A stretch of 38,895 nucleotides of DNA, from IMG/VR virus record IMGVR_UViG_3300032212_000067, positions 1-38,895 of that record; one strand, given 5' to 3'. Shown here piece after piece: positions 38,327 to 38,895 of this stretch. The notes under the pieces are model-generated. The model was not told where the DNA came from and did not search any database. It worked only from the letters and a program-made list of their open reading frames with translations. Both the position numbers and the translations under genes were made by a program. The DNA comes from a virus. Its lineage: Duplodnaviria; Caudoviricetes. Every line of letters begins with the position of its first letter. The first letter of the stretch is position 1.

Positions 38327-38414
38327 TTTTAAATATTAATTATTAGTTCTGTACTTAATTCAAAGGTTAGTACATTTTATCCGCACTATTCATATAGCAA
38401 TTCGTTAGTAACAA

Positions 38415-38678
38415 TTATAATTGCTGTCCTATTTTATCGTGAAAGCAGTTGCAATTTTTACACCTAAATATTGGCTCTTTAACTATGTTAGTGCTGTTGC
38501 AATTAGAACAATTACTAACAACGGGTATATCCAAATTATTTACTTGCTCTTGTGCAAACGAAATAATTTTATGAGCTGTTGCAAATCTATTTCCGATAAT
38601 TTTTCCACCTATAATTTCTAAGTTTTCATCTAATATAGATAGAGCTTTATTAAATAGAATTTCGTATTCAGTAGTCAT
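38415..38678 (-). CDS. chimeric A/B-module protein (MTTEY N-terminus, variant 2)
   Basis: Crosses junction 38517-38519; C-terminus CSNC...CKNC. Confidence 0.75.
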   Translation of the reverse strand: MTTEYEILFNKALSILDENLEIIGGKIIGNRFATAHKIISFAQEQVNNLDIPVVSNCSNCNSTNIVKEPIFRCKNCNCFHDKIGQQL

Positions 38679-38728
38679 AATCTTGTATTTTTTAATCCGT
38701 AAATAATCAGTACATACCCTCGAACGTT
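38517..38728. repeat. 212-bp A module, copy 2
   Basis: Direct repeat of 36781-36992. Confidence 0.95.
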
Positions 38729-38809
38729 ACCTGCCATAATAAATAAAAAAATAGGCGCTCACTCGGTCGTCTGTGTAGGTGCAAAACGTTTCATACACTC
38801 GTGTATAAA

Positions 38810-38895
38810 TCATATTACACTTAACCAATTATCGTATATCCTACTTGCTATCTGCGCTATCATTACAGGTGGCACACTCATTCCAATCATATATG
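38810..38895 (-). CDS. C-terminal fragment of a C5 cytosine methyltransferase (cut by window edge)
   Basis: YMIGMSVPPVMIAQIASRIYDNWLSVI-stop resembles motif X (GNAVPP). Confidence 0.7.
   Translation of the reverse strand, partial: YMIGMSVPPVMIAQIASRIYDNWLSVI

Larger units (their letters stand above)
30247..38895. mobile_element. array of alternating attC-like hairpin (A) and cassette-body (B) modules, open at the right edge
   Basis: A modules (AAC..GTT): 30304-30711, 31067-31282, 31390-32304, 32424-32824, 33689-33816, 33998-34188, 34228-34697, 34957-35044, 35217-35401, 35949-35992, 36150-36337, 36396-36665, 36781-36992, 37101-37293, 37979-38033, 38057-38406, 38517-38728; intervening B modules have GTT..AAC terminal inverted repeats. 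Mobility is inferred. Confidence 0.8.

Noticed and set aside
31295-38621. + strand ORFs in the array (31295, 32455, 32555, 36676, 37105, 37753, 38421)
   Set aside because: Antisense to better-supported - strand genes; no motifs
36781-38728. DGR template/variable repeat pair
   Set aside because: Differences are not limited to adenines on either strand, most are silent, and no reverse transcriptase is present
30304-38728. IS or MITE family
   Set aside because: Arms differ in sequence between modules; no target-site duplications or transposase seen
30247-38895. CRISPR array
   Set aside because: Repeats are inverted, variable in sequence and irregularly spaced, with genes between them; no cas genes
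30247-38895. Canonical complete integron
   Set aside because: No IntI or other tyrosine recombinase in the window; hairpins are often much longer than attC sites and contain genes; gene orientation is reversed
1-38895. tRNA/rRNA genes, integrase or prophage att sites
   Set aside because: None recognised by eye; tRNAscan-SE was not run; phage versus prophage status cannot be decided from this window

Overview
The window is part of an AT-rich tailed dsDNA phage or prophage genome. A Bacteroidota (Flavobacteriaceae-type) host is inferred from TAnnTTTG promoter boxes, Gln-after-signal-peptide proteins and a lipoprotein with an acidic export signal. Bases 1-29575 (+ strand) hold a sigma-70-like factor, the terminase subunits, tail and head genes, a portal, an HNH endonuclease, adhesin/fibre-like genes, membrane proteins, an M15 endolysin and a metallophosphoesterase. 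From about 30247 to the window end (genes on the - strand) the DNA is a strict alternation of two module types joined at AAC/GTT triplets. 'A' modules (17 seen, 44-915 bp) are attC-like inverted repeats whose loop often holds a gene or the 5' half of one. 'B' modules have their own terminal inverted repeats and are empty, hold a whole gene, or hold a start-less 3' half. Six ORFs cross an A/B junction, always with the junction GTT as an in-frame Val codon. One 212-bp A module occurs twice, fused to two different Cys-rich C-termini. This looks like a cassette system that shuffles genes and protein halves; no recombinase is visible in the window, so the mechanism is inferred. Also seen: a three-copy TAGTAC-N15-GTGTT-N8-ATG putative late promoter and a probable -1 frameshift. 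All calls were made by eye; no searches were run.
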